Source: Azolla caroliniana (lineage: Eukaryota; Plantae; Polypodiophyta). Taken from it: a stretch of DNA of 64,000 bases. How positions within the stretch are numbered: the first letter of the stretch is position 1; each line of letters opens with the position of its first letter. Below are positions 14,741 to 28,260 of this stretch, piece by piece. Position numbers and translations under genes: made by a program. Below the pieces are notes generated by a model that saw nothing but the letters and a program-made list of their open reading frames with translations, was not told where the DNA came from and did not search any database. The stretch spans positions 2,356,001 through 2,420,000 of the forward strand of contig JBHGNT010000007.1 of the NCBI GenBank assembly GCA_043228905.1. Direction: 5' to 3'.

Positions 14741-17700
14741 TGTGTTTTTTTTTTTCAAAAATTTTAAATATATTTTCCAAAAATAATGTTTTGCATGCAA
14801 CTCGGAGATCAAATTCAAACAGAAAACTAAGATTTTAAGGACAAGGTTTTAGGTTATATATAGCTTATCAATACCTCTTCAAGAAGAACTTCACAAAATG
14901 TTCTATTGGTTGAGGGTGAGCATATGGAAACATAGGTAATTATAGACTAAATGATTTATTCACCTTGGTGAGTGAATGGTTTGAGAGAAATACAAAAGAT
15001 ACGGAGATAGAGAGAAAGGATTCAGAATTTTGAAAGCCAATTCGAATCGGCATGTAGGGGCATATATTGTAGCTAATCTTGTTCTCTCTCAAATCCAAAA
15101 TGCTATATTGTGTAGACTAATGGAAGCATCGCTAAGTTGTTCTGTATACATATAAAAAAATAAGGTCAAGCCTTCCATAGGTGAGGGGAACTTAGAATTT
15201 GGTTTTGCATGTTTTTGTTATATGTCCAACCTTTTAGATAATCGCAAGAACAAATTGGTATTATAGGATCTTAGGCTAGAATTGACTTTATACAAAGAAA
15301 CCAACGAACTTGACAGGTTGTGGAATGCTCTATGCAAACTTTATGTCAAGCATATTTCACGTTCTTAATTTGTATTATTGCTACTCGTGTTTACGCTTAA
15401 TCTTAATCTTAAATTTTATTTTTTAGGAAATGCATATTTTGATGTTTGAGATTGATCTTTATATTATTATTCAACAAATATGCGTGTTGCCACTTTTTAT
15501 GTTGATCATAATATTATATTTTTTTACCAACGCATGTTGTGTGGAAATGTGAAACCTTGAAAGTGTAATCCCCTCTGAGATGAGTAGGGTGTCACTTGGA
15601 AGTCATAGACTAATGTGAAGATGCCATTATATTTCTGTGGAGCCAAGGTATATGGCCAAGCTCTCTCGTCATGCTTCAATCAAAACATTTTTATGTGGTG
15701 AAGTAGACCCCAAGGATAGGGGCACAATTCTACATGTCTTTGTGATAAATTGTACACATTTTTACATTTACGACCAGGAAACAAGTTTCTGAGAATCAGT
15801 TGTATTTGGGCATCTTGTTGGCATGAACAAATAATATTGTACTTCATTGTGGAGAACGTCTGGTTCATAGATTGTATAAACAAATCCTTAGGTTTGAGCT
15901 AACGTCAAGATTCTTTTTTATCGAGGAATATGAGCAACAAGACCCATCCCAAATTTCCATGAATGGAGGGAGTAAGGGCACAAAAAAATGCATAATTTGT
16001 CTAATAATTGGTCCCCTCACGTTCATGAACAATGTAATCGATCAAAATTTGTACTCTTTTTTTAGAGTAAAAGATTCTTTCATTGTTCTATTCAATGGTG
16101 TCTTAAAATATAAACTTCTACCCCAACTCCGTGTTATGTAGTGACATATTTTTGTGGGTTTGTCATCGATAAAGTGTGTGGTAATTTTGATTACTTTAAA
16201 TAGAAATTGTGATCTACAAGTTTAAAATCTTGTTGGCTTCAAGTTACCCATTGAAGAGTTTTCTGATATTAAAGCAACATATATTTTGTTTCATCATTTT
16301 CAAGTTTCTAGGAATTCCCAATGGTCCCCATTTCGATGGTAGAATGATATTAAAGTATAGAAAATAATCTAGTGAAACTGGATTAAAATTGTAATAGTGC
16401 TTTCACCCATTATGTCAACATTCCTGGCTTTGAATCATGTTTTTTAAGAAGAATTTCCTGTACAAACCATTAGAATTCCATATGGGCAAGTAAATTTTTT
16501 TTCCATCCAAACTAATTTTGTTGAGCCCAACCGTGATAGCTATTGTTTACTGAAAATACTAACAATGCATAATGAAAATGAAACTTGTTTAATCTGTTTG
16601 TTATAGAAGGCTACACATTGGTGAATGTGGTTCTTTGTGTTGAACAATATTTGACACTGTTTGTTGTTTTCTGGACATTGACAACGATTGCCCTACCTTT
16701 TTTTATCTAAGGTGTCACACAACGATAGCCAAATATATGTATATGAAAGCAACCTGTAAATAGTAGAGTATCTAAAAATACTTACAGTGCACATATCCTG
16801 ATTCGTATATGCGATTCACCTAACCAATGGGAAACGATTTTTTCTCTGAAAATAAATAAATAAATATACGTGGGGTTTTGGATATGCAATGCATATTAAT
16901 ACACATGTTGATCATGGATGCCCTAGCCAAATAATAGAACAATGTAATGTTTGACACCACTTAGTTCATCCATTTAATTGGTGTTGATATCCCTTGGATA
17001 AAAATGTATATTAGGCTTGAACTTTTGTTGATTGCCTAATGTTGGTAGAATCAATTATGAATCATGTGATATCTTATTTCTTGTCATTGCTATGATGGAA
17101 AAGAAATTGTTTTATTGATTGACTTGGCCCTGTTCAAGCCATTTACTCCAGGGATTGCTTTTACATTTACTATAGGGTTTATGTATAGTCTTTACAATCT
17201 TTAGTTACAAGATTTCTTGTATAAGAATATTACACCAAGATGCACAACAATATTTCATGCCACGTATCTCAAGGATGGGAGAGCATATATGCATGTAGAG
17301 TCTCTCTTCTATTGAGAAGGTGTAAGTCAACAATAAAGGTGCTTTTGCAAATGTGCAATAGTTACTTGAATGTTTTTTGCAAATGGTATATTTATATGCA
17401 ATGATATTACTAATTTTACACGCAGAAAATATAATGGAAATGGTGTGATTGACAATATATTATTCTTAACGTGTATCTTGGATCACATTGATAATTTTTT
17501 GTTTAGATAATGGACTTTTGAATAAGCTTGTAGGACTTTATATATTAATCTTAATTGTATGAGAGGAATTGAGTATTTGAACTTAAAACAATAGTGAAAA
17601 ATGAACCACTCTTGAGAAGGCTTAGTGTGCAATTGAGAGCATATGTGACAATAGAGAAATTAAACGTTGGGATCGTAGGAAATATTTCTTGACATATTGG

Positions 17701-17749
17701 CTACACGGTACACCAATGCTTCTCTATGGAGTTGGAAGTATAGGATAGT

Positions 17750-18130
17750 AGTATTCTTAAGTCTACTTGGAAAGTGTAATGCAAGTATTAAGATTCAAAG
17801 GATACATTAGCAACATTTGGGTTCTTCATGGATAGAAGATGTGAATAAATTACTTGGAAAATTGGATGCTTCATGATGTGTTAAATGAGGCATTTTTCCA
17901 ATGCAAATGTATCAAAACTTGGGAGAGATATGGAATCTCAATGTTCACACGTTATACTATGCATATTGCACCAAACCACAAAACCATAATCTAATTAAAA
18001 CGGGGAAATCACTGTCATCGATGCATGTTATTGTCCATCCTTTTGTCCTCCATCCTATCCCTTGCTTCAATTTGACCGAGCTCACATTCTCTTCAATTTA
18101 AGACTAGGCATTGAACCACAAGCGAAGATA
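17750..18130 (+). mobile_element. Old fragment of the 50.7-51.6 kb RTEX-like family
   Basis: AAATGAGGCATTTTTCCAATGCAAATGTATCA...TTGCACCAAACCACAAAACCATA aligns to 51025-51130. Confidence 0.7.
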
Positions 18131-18974
18131 CTTGTCAATAATGTACCTAGAAGTGGCACACTCATTACTAATTTCTTTGTATTTCATTATCGATCTCTTC
18201 TTCCAAGGGTTTTGATGTCATCCTCACATGGGAGATTGATTCTCAAGGATGGCATATTTTCTTTCAAACATCAAGACTATCAATAGTGAGTAGACAAAAT
18301 GCTTAGTAATGAGAGAAGTAGTTACATATCATGGGTTCACAAATGATATTAGCAACAATCATGGATCATGATTCATAACAAAGTGTGGAAGCATTTGCTC
18401 AAGTTTCTCCAAATCCCTTATAATCTGTCTTTGACTTATCATTTGCAAGTTATCGCTAAACTGAGCATACAAATAAAATGTTATTTATCAATTACTAATG
18501 AGATGGTTGGACATTTTGTGAGTTTTATTCACAAGATATACTTTTCTTGCAAAATATACTTTTATTATGCATCAAACAAAGATGAGTAGAAATAATAAGA
18601 GATTAAGGAGAATAACGGATTAATGGTCTTAACCACACTGACCACGCAGAAGCAAAGGACATGAGATGAACACAAAATACCACGAGTGTCCAATACCATT
18701 GGATATTACCTTATGTTATACCTTAATTATTGAATAATGGATCCAAAGAAGAGAGCTTAGCCTCACCAATAGAGTCTTGACGATATTTACAAATGTTGAA
18801 TAAGTAAGTAATGAAGGGGGCACGTAGTCCCCTTTATATAACAGTTAACTCAACATCTGTTCCTAAGTGTAGTAAGTCCTTATGGGTTCGTCCCAATTCC
18901 TTGGATAACTAGTTTTCTAGCCACTAGCTACAACATAGTTTGTTTAATTGATAGATCTCTCTCTGTTTGTCTCT

Positions 18975-19161
18975 TTTTTTTTAGTAAGTCGATAACACTA
19001 CAAGCACTGTGTCTTCGGTTCAAAACCCAATTTCCTCACCTCTCTATTATATACTTCATATATATCTCTATTTCACTAGATGCCATTGTGGAATGTAGGG
19101 GTTGAACCCATGACCACCAGGTCTCCATTGGGCAACCTTACCAACTGAGCTACATCCATCT

Positions 19162-19165
<4 letters not shown>
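18975..19165 (-). mobile_element. tRNA-derived SINE, copy 1
   Basis: Sense strand GCCCAGATGGATGTAGCTCAGTTGGTAAGG...GGGTTCAACCCC (Pol III A/B boxes), A-tail, embedded in (CT)n/(GA)n. Confidence 0.85.
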
Positions 19166-19209
<44 letters not shown>

Positions 19210-19524
19210 TTCACACTTTTTGCTCATATATTTCAATTCTTGATCATTTGGCGATGTTACAAAAATAAAATTAACCCTATGTTTTGGTTGAATCAAATTG
19301 TGTGCAGTACCACTTGGGAGGAAAAGTAAATCCTTGATTTTGATTTGTCATTGCAAGAGAGCAATGTTTTCGAAATCAAAAGTATGTTATAAGCATAATG
19401 TTGCAAACCAATTGTATAGCTCATGTTATCCAAAGCATAGGCATGCTTTGCTTCTATTTAACATTGCCAAATGATGATCAAGAGTTGAAATGAATGAGTA
19501 TGAACTATGAAATGAGCGAGCGGG

Positions 19525-19573
<49 letters not shown>

Positions 19574-19577
<4 letters not shown>

Positions 19578-22500
19578 GCAAGAGTGGAGAAGGGAAGAAG
19601 AAGCTAATTTGTTTTTATTGCTGCGCTCTCTATCGGTAACGAAATTGAGCACAAAGACAAGCGTTGGAAAGCCCTCGAGTAGAGCTTCACAACGAGATAT
19701 AGCAAGTTGAATTTGGTGGTTTGTACGAGAAGCAGCGATAGCAATAAGGAATCTTGTGTTGTCGGCATCCACATACTCAAAACTCATTGTGGGTCTTCGA
19801 TTGCTTTCAAAATCTTCGACCTCTTCAATCGGGTGAGTTCTGATTTTCTCTCTTGTTCATAGAAAATTGTTTTTATCCCGGATCGATATAATGATGGACA
19901 TAAACATGAATTCCTCACAAATTGTGGGGGATATTGATATGGAAACAATCGATCCAAAAAAGAGTAATGTGATAATTGAATGTAATCGTGAAAGGGAAGA
20001 CATTGGAAGCTCTAAGAGGTTTAAGGGAATTGAAGAAATTAATGAGAAAAAATTAACATATGCCAAAATAATACATGTAGATGAAGTTGACAAGGATCAT
20101 TGTAATTGGGATAATTTATGGGGAATTGCCAATACCTTATTGTTGGATATTGTGGAAGAAAATGAAAATGCAGCGAAAGAATGCATTGAAGAGGATGTGC
20201 ATGATGTGGAAGTTGATGCTAAGGCAATTTTGCAATCATTTGATGTATTCTATGATCGTGTTGTTATATTATTTTTTACCGGCAAACTCCCATATGTTAA
20301 TTGGATTAAACAATGGTTGAACACAATCGTGTCACCAAATTGTGTTGAAAATATATATGCGGGACCACGAGGGTTTTATGATGTGGTATTTCGTTCACCG
20401 GAGCATCGAAGTGCATTGTTGGGTAAAGTTCTTGTGTTTTTTGATAAACGATTGGTGCATGTTATGCAATGTTCCACCGTAGTGGACTATCATGCTTTGT
20501 TAAAACAAGAATGTCTTGTTTGGGTTACAGTGGATTGTAAGCATGCTTTTTTATGGCCACTTTACTAGAGTTGATGAGTCAAATGGGTAAAGTGTTGGTA
20601 TCTCCACATGCAAATGCTACAAATAAGTGCAGATTTTGTGTGTTATGAGATACAAGTCACAAGAGGCCAGGATGGGTGCGTATGAATGCTCCTGGTATGA
20701 GAAGTATTTGTTTTAAACTGAAGTGGGAGACATTTGCAGGTCATTGTTTTGGATGTGGTGAATGGGGTCACTTTATGGTGGAATGCCACGATCATTGTCC
20801 TTCAACTACAAAGGTTCCTATTGAAGGGAACAATAAGGAAGGAGTTGGGAGAGATGTTGGTGTGTCAGATTTTGTGGATGAAGGAACATCACCTAGAGCA
20901 GGTTATAAAGAGGTCTCACTTCAAGGTTTGGGCCCTAAGAATAAGGGAATTGAATCTATGGATATGGAAAAACAAAGTTTAGTGGTTAAAGATAAGGGGA
21001 AAAAACCGTTGGATAGAGCTAGTAGTAATGTTGTTCACAAAGATTGGCATGAGGTTAAGGGCAAGTCGAAAGGGAAATCAATGAATATGCAGTGTAGTAG
21101 CTTGCCCACTACTTATGTGACTACTTGGCAAGGTAATTCAGGAACTAGGGAGGGCCCTCGAAAAGTTCCTTGGCAACGACAATCTAGGGATAAGGGATTA
21201 CCCCTTCACCTTCAATTTGATTCATCGGGACGAGTTGTAAATTCATCGAATTCTCGAGGTTTTCGTCAAGAGGGAGGACCTAAAAAACAGATTTCGATAG
21301 ACAACCCTAAGGATGTGGTGCATGAAAATCCATATGCAGCATTGGAGCATGCTTTGACTAGTTTCATGACATCGGTTGCTCTAAAGGAGCAAGTGCTCCC
21401 ATAACATTGTTGATTGAATGAAAGTGGTAACATGGAATGTGAGAGGGGCATGTTCTCCTCATAAGAAGTATATACTATGGGAAACTTTGTTAAGTAGAGA
21501 ATGGGATGTAGTATGTGCAGTTGAGCATAAGTGTCATGAGTTAGCAGGATCCACAATGCGTTTGCGTGGATATTCATCATTTTATGTAGGACATCTTAAT
21601 AATCATTATTCAGGTGTGGTATTAATCGTGAGGGATAAGTATTATCCTCAAGTGGTGCATAATGATCCTTATGGTTGGTTTTTGGTTCTAGAAATCACTT
21701 TTTTTGGCGAGGTTGTGTGGGTGGTTGGGATTTATGCCCCTAACCAAGCCACTCAACGTATTGCATTATGGGGTTCACTCCTTCAAACCCTATCTATTGG
21801 ACGTCTAGGATTACTTATGGGCGATTTTAACATGTGTGTTGATGCATTTCAATCCACTTATGAACATTCAATCATGGATGATCCTGAGCAACTTGCTTGG
21901 GACTCATTGGCTATGGAGGTTCTAAAGTTGGATGTTTGGACATGGTTGCAAGGGAATGATCCAGGTTTTACCTTCCAATCTGCTCAACATAGACAAACAT
22001 GGAGTTGGTTAGATAGAATGTATGTGATGCATGATGATTCCTTTTTACCGACATCACTTCGTATGAACGTTCTACAAGATGTTGGAACTTCAGATCACTT
22101 TCCTATTTGCTTGGAGGTGTGTAATCATGCAATTGACATGTATAAATCTTTACTTGGAAAGTCTCCACTACGCTTTAACTCTTCTCTTTTGCTTTAACCT
22201 CACTTTGATTCTCTCATGGGGCAAATTTTGGTAAATTTTTCTCAACAAGTGAATCTTAAAGGAGTTAAATCATGGGATATTACATTACGAAACATTAACA
22301 TCATTCATCGTATGTATGGAGTAACCAATGCTCAACGAAGAAGAGGTCTTATTCGACAATTCTCACAAGTTCTCTCTAGGTGTAATGCATTATTGATACA
22401 TACACCATTAGATGAGGAGCTTTTGGATATTCAGAGTCAATTGCATGTTATTATTTCTCAGTTGCAATGCCAAAGTTATCGTTATGTTAATATGCGACAA

Positions 22501-25338
22501 CTCAAGGAAGGACTCATTGATAATCAATGCCAATCTCATTTGTTTTTCCAAGCATTACATCCTACTTATGCTCGATCTAATGTGGTACATGTGAAGCAAG
22601 GGGATGAATTGATAGTGGATCCTACAACAATAATTGACATATGTCTTCATTACTTTAAGGAGTTGATTGGTCCACAATTGTTAATGACAGATGAGGTGAG
22701 TAGAGCACACCATGAGTTTTATGATGTGGTTGGATGTATTGTGCATGATCTCATTAATCATGAATTGGATGCGGATTTCACTGAGGATGAGGTGGATGTA
22801 GCTTTAAGGCATCTTCCTAGTGGTAAGAGCCCTGGTTGGGATGGCTTGACAAATGAAGTTTTTAAGAGATATTCCAACATTTTAAAAGGGACTTTGATGT
22901 TTCAATAGTCTTGGGATTCTAGTTGTATGCCTCAAGCTCGGAAGATTGGTCTAATTAAACTAGTTCCAAAGGTGGCATCTCCTGAGTCATTTCATCAATG
23001 GAGACCTATTTCTTTGATGGGGGGGTTGTACAAGATATTTACGAAGGTCTTGGCAAATAGATTACAAAAGTATTTGCCAAAGTTGATACACCCCGCCCAA
23101 TATGGTTTTATTGCAGGTAGAAATATATTGCATAATGTGTTGAATGTTCAAATGGCCATGGATTATGCTCGGAACCCTCATCAAGAATTGATTATGGTGC
23201 AATTAGATTTGGAGAAAGCTTATGATCATGTTAATTGGTCTTTTGTTTATGGGTTAATGCATACAATGGGCTTTGGACCTCGTATGTTTCGCCTCATATT
23301 TTTATTAGGACAAGATGCAGTGTCTCGAGTAATGCTTAATGGGGGAGTTACATTAGATATTGCCCTCACAAGATCCTTTCGTCAAGGATGCCCTCTTAGC
23401 CCATTGTTGTTTGCTATTGTTACTCATCCTTTGTTAGTGATGCTATCAAGACTTGCAATAAATGGTGACATTGTGGGTTTACACCTTCTGTTCGGAGGGC
23501 AAATAGTAGCACAAGCTTTGGCGGATGATTCTTTCATGTTTTTACAAGCCTCACGGGAGAATCTTGAGAAGGGGATGCTTGTATGGAATCAGTTTGCATT
23601 GGCTTCCAGATTACATATTAATTGGAGGAAGTCTAGTCTCATATCATGCACTAAAAGGGATTTGGAATGTTTAGGATGGCAAGGATCCGTGGTGCAGAAA
23701 AGCTCTATTTTTCGACACTTGGGCTATCCATTAGGAATGAATGTTACAAATGGTCAATTGATTGAATGGATGTCTAGTAAGTTGAGGGATAAGTTCATGT
23801 ATTGGAAGTCACAATCTTGGCCATTTCATGTTCGCTTGAAGGTTGTACAATGTATTATGGAACCCATGATATTATATTACTTGCCATTATTTCCATGGAC
23901 AAAGAAGGCGTTGAATTCTGTTTCGCAACCTCTTCGATATTTGTTGTGGAAGAAGAGGGATAAGATGGGAATCACATGGATTGCTTGGAATCATCTAGCA
24001 ACCCCTAAGCGATTAGGGGGGGTTGGAATATTGAATTTATCTATGCATATGATGGCTCGTAGATTTTCATTATTACAAGACATGTGTTCAAACTCACAAC
24101 CATGGATATCTATTGTTCGATATTTCATTGAGAACAAAGGTTTAACACATGGGAGGACAACGATTAAGGCTTCATGGTGGCAATTACTGAATGGATGTAT
24201 TTCACTTAGGATTCCGGGTTCTTCATGTGTTCAACACTTAGTTACCTCATGGCAAGAAGCACTCTTGTTATGTGTATGGAAATCATCATCTAGTAGAGAG
24301 CATTGTAACTCTTTGCAAAAAGAGTTACTTGTGTCTTCTCGGTTATTATGTTGGCCAGGAAAGGAGAGATTGCGTTCTCAATTTAATCGTTTGTTTTGTT
24401 TGGGGGTCAAAGAGGTGGGAGATATAGTTGAGGTTCCATCTCAAAGAATTTTGGAGTTTACTGAAGCACGACAATTATTACGCATCCCGCCTAATTATGG
24501 GTTTATTTGGCAACAACTACAGAATATTGCATTGATGCAAGGTCCCTTACCTCTACAAACAGGAGAACAATCGTGGATTGATTGGAGTTTAAGGGGTCAA
24601 ACACCATTGTTACAAGTGACTACTAATATTTTGTATCATTGTTCCGTTGAGTCTCTTGGATGGTTATCATCTAAGGCTGAAGAAGAATGGAAAATACACA
24701 AATCTGATCATGGGTGGTGGCAGATCTTACAACGTAGTTGGCATTCTAAATTGCCACTTGTTGCAAAGGTATTCATTTGGAGAGTTTTGATCGGAGGATT
24801 GCCTTTGGGATTAGCTTTAAAGTGTCGTGGACTAGCAACGGGTACTTGCTTCTTTTGCACAGTTCAGATAGAAGATAATACTCATCGATTTATACAATGT
24901 CCAATTGCTTGTCAAATTTGGAGTTACATTTCTCAAATTTGGCAAGTTTTATCACGGAGTTATTTGACACCTAGACAATGGGTGTTTGCACAATTTACAC
25001 AAGCTGACCCAAAATCAAAGATGGAGATTGTTTTCCTATTTCTGAGATATTGGGGATTGCGTCATAATTGGAACATGCACAACGCTTTTGTATTTGATGG
25101 TAGACATGGAGTGAAAGCATATCTACGAAAGTTGAAGGGAGTACTAATGTGACAATTTTCTTTATTGGAACAAGTGGAAATTCTTTCCTCGGTGGAGTGT
25201 TCGTCTTGTCTATTGGCAATTCAACATGTTCCACTACCCATGTAGTGTAGTGTGGTTAGTGTGTGACCATACTCCATTGTCACACGTATTGTAAGTAGTG
25301 TTTTTCAAACACATTTATTAATATAATTATGTGTTTTC

Positions 25339-25340
<2 letters not shown>
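19574..25340 (+). mobile_element. Near full-length L1/Tx1-type LINE with nonsense mutations; ORF1 ~19867-21404, ORF2 ~21418-25240
   Basis: ORF1 has a DUF4283-like region and the zinc knuckle CFGCGEWGHFMVEC. ORF2 has APE (TWNVRG, GDFN, LDRMY, SDH), RT (WRPISL, QLDLEKAYD, QGCPLSP, LADD) and a C-terminal CFFC..H...C. Flanked by T(GA)n on both sides. Confidence 0.95.
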
Positions 25341-25384
<44 letters not shown>

Positions 25385-25387
25385 ATT

Positions 25388-25608
25388 GCCCAGATGGATG
25401 TAGCTCAGTTGGTAAGGTTGCCCAATGAAGACTAGGTGGTCATGGGTTCAACCCCTACATTTCACAGTGGCATCTAGTGAAATAGATATATATATATATA
25501 TAAAGTATATAATAGAGAGGCGAGGAAATCGGGTTTCAAACCCAAGACATAGTGCTTGTAGTGTTATCGACTTACCACTAGGGTAAGCTAATTATGAAAA
25601 AGAAGAAA
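25388..25608 (+). mobile_element. tRNA-derived SINE, copy 2 (complete)
   Basis: A box TAGCTCAGTTGG, B box GGTTCAACCCC, 3' hairpin CTTACC-ACTAG-GGTAAG, A-rich tail; 13-bp target-site duplication (TSD) AGAGAGATTAATT (25375-25387 / 25609-25621). Confidence 0.9.
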
Positions 25609-25903
25609 AGAGAGATTAATTAAACAAACTTTTTTGTAGGTGGTAGTTGGAAAACTAGTTATCCAAGAAATTGGGAGGAAGAACACATCCTTAAATTTAA
25701 CTTCCTTGATTTTGATTGTTATTCCAAGAGAGCAATGTTTTGGAAACGGGAATAAAATAATGATATGAATGTGTAGGCCTAATGTGTCACATAGATGCAA
25801 TAATGTAAGGCAAGATTCAAACCTTGCACCTAGATAGATTTAGAAGCATTGTATCTACAAATAGAGAAACTATTATTGAGTGTTTGATTTCTCATAGATA
25901 ATG

Positions 25904-26650
25904 TTTTTTTTCAATAGAAACATCCTCCATTGGTATTAAAAGTAAAGTGGCCAGAGGCAATATACAAAGTTGTTCAATATTACAAGCAATGTTGTGAAGC
26001 CGTACCGAACAACCCTAGCCAATCTTTATAGGTAAAGTAACGAAAAACAATCCTTGTAAAGTATTGGACGAGTAAAGAAAGTACAACCAAGCCATGCCAT
26101 TCTCTAGATAAGCAAGATGAAGAAGAACGCAATGAGTACTCCTACGACTTGGATCGGACAATCTTCGCCGATGAACTCCTATGACTAGAATCGGAATTCT
26201 TTGCCGATGACAGCAACCATTGTTTGTGAATCTCTTAGGAATTCCAAACTATAAAACACCATATTCCAATTGAAGCTCTTCTTCATAAACATTTCATGGA
26301 TTCTGCTTTCAGTGTAGTTTTTGACCTTGTAACAAAAAGAAGCATTGTGGCAATTTGTGTAATCAATGATAATGTACATAAACACAAATAGTTGAATAAC
26401 AATTTGATTCCCAATGTTAGAAACAAATGAATCTAACACCTTAGACATCACGTTGTATGAATTGCATCTCATAAAATATTAATTGAAAACCTCCCAATTC
26501 ATAGTAACAGTGGATGATGTCGAGGGTTTCATAGATAACATTTATGTATAAATACATAGTTAAAACCACTAAGACAAACCCTATGGCCAGTAAACCAAAT
26601 ATCGACGAGTAGCCAGAAGTCTCCAATAGAACAATTTGAGTCTACATCAA
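25904..26650 (-). mobile_element. Degenerate L1 3' fragment (second L1 family) with A-tail
   Basis: Poly(T) at 25904-25911 on +; minus-strand translation resembles the L1 ORF2 C-terminus; 3' UTR shared with 47155-47210. Confidence 0.6.
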
Positions 26651-27189
26651 GTCCTTGGTGGTCCCGCACATGTTTCACACGTAGGCATGTAACTTCATGA
26701 CACCGTAAAATTGTAATACCTTGTCCATGTTTACTCTGGGCTGGACTTAGCCCCAAACACAGGGTGTCTGTTCCGGAACACTTCACCAAAGGGGTGGTTA
26801 AGGGATGGATGTTATCCGGCTATCCAATTCCGATCCGACTAATTCCGGTTACGTTCCGATTATTAAAACACAACAGATTAATTATGACACGCGTAAGATT
26901 GACCCTTGAAGCGCAGAATGGCAAGTACAGAGACACAATAGAATTAAACATAACACTAATCTCATATTACTTCCATTAAAACAATTACATCGATTTCAGA
27001 CCCTTTTAAAGGCATCCGATAGGAAATACAAAACGGTGTCTTACCGACTATTGACACTATTAATCAGTGTGGATCCGGATTGGTACAACTATCCGTATCC
27101 GTCCGTTCCTATAACATTTCCTAACTAATAATTATGCTTCTAATTATAATATTATTCTCCAACTTGTCCTTGTACATATTAACCCTCCC

Positions 27190-27530
27190 GATCATACTCT
27201 AGGCCAACAATCCACAAATTTGTAAACCAATTCACGAGATGTTATCGCGATTTTGTTTGGTATAAATCTGGCTAATTTTGTTAGTTGTGACCGACCTTGT
27301 TGTGTTTGAGGCAAGCTAATAATAAAATTCATAGATATATTTTCCAACTTATTATTAGGAATATCTAAGAGATGTAGAAGGCCTACAACTTTATGCTGCT
27401 CAACCTTATTCACCTAACATTGCAAACGTTTGATTACATAATTTTTGTTGTCATAGCATAATTTTGGCTAGAAAAAATCGATAGAGATTAGAATGAGTGT
27501 TCTATGAATTCCAAGGTGACCAGTTAAGGG
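27190..27530 (-). mobile_element. Ty3/gypsy integrase remnant
   Basis: GHLGIHRT..., GLLHLLDIP..ENISMNFIISLPQT...LTKLARFIP. Confidence 0.8.
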
Positions 27531-27664
27531 TGCAATATTACACTTGAAAAAAATTCTTCTTTACATCTACAACAAACCTTCCATTATGATAGACCAAATA
27601 GCTAGAAATGTGAAAGATGGACTTAAAGGGTATGGTGATTTTAGTGATATCTTTACCAAATTAA

Positions 27665-28260
27665 GCATTCACTTCCATCCCCATTACACTTGATTGTGTA
27701 AATCCACTTGGTGGCAATTACTTTTCTACCTTTTGGTAGATCACATAACTCCCACTGCTTAAGCTTTGCTTGTTGCGTATTACCTTTTATACTACTATTC
27801 AACAAACCTCTGAGATTATGCACAATCTCTGTCAAAATCCCAAAAAATATTTGGGCAGGTCTTTCAGTCACATTTTGCAATACCTTCAGACATCGGGCTT
27901 TCCAAATATACCAAATTGTAATACTACTTACTAATTGCCATATTTGAGGTTTATTAGTCTCTATTTGTGGATTCAAAAGTATCAATTTTTTTCCCATCAA
28001 ACCATGTCTCATCACAATAGAATCTGCAACCTCCTCTTGTTCATATACCATAGGTTTATCTTGTACCACTACCCATAATACCGCTCCCCATGTATACATT
28101 GTTCGAGGATATATTGGTATTAATAATGTTATGATTTGTTTCCATATGTGCATAACAAAAATACAACTCCACAAACAAGGGGATTTGTGGTATATCTTGT
28201 ATGTATAGCTTTACGCCGTTTTGTAATACTAATGTAGTATCCTTTTTTGGAAAGGAAAAA
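27665..28260 (-). mobile_element. Composite debris (L1 ORF2 C-terminus + copia RT start), present only in the A block
   Basis: IWYIWKARC (L1) runs into WELCDLPKGRKVIATKWIY (copia RT); absent at the paralogous site ~42425. Confidence 0.65.

Noticed and set aside
15600-16500. THFIDDKP resembling an FCP1/NIF phosphatase motif on the minus strand
   Set aside because: A single short motif among stops; no other domain motifs recognisable.
25393-25465. Functional tRNA gene
   Set aside because: No proper anticodon arm; always attached to the same body, A-tail and TSD, so it is a SINE head.
18975-25608. Inverted SINE copies as terminal inverted repeats of a 6.6-kb DNA transposon
   Set aside because: Copy 2 has its own TSD and tail, and there is no transposase; these are independent insertions.
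26765-27116. Solo LTR
   Set aside because: LTR-like composition and TG..CA ends, but no matching TSD for either candidate boundary.
27653-28174. 173-aa ORF as a gene
   Set aside because: Chance in-frame join of L1 and copia RT debris.
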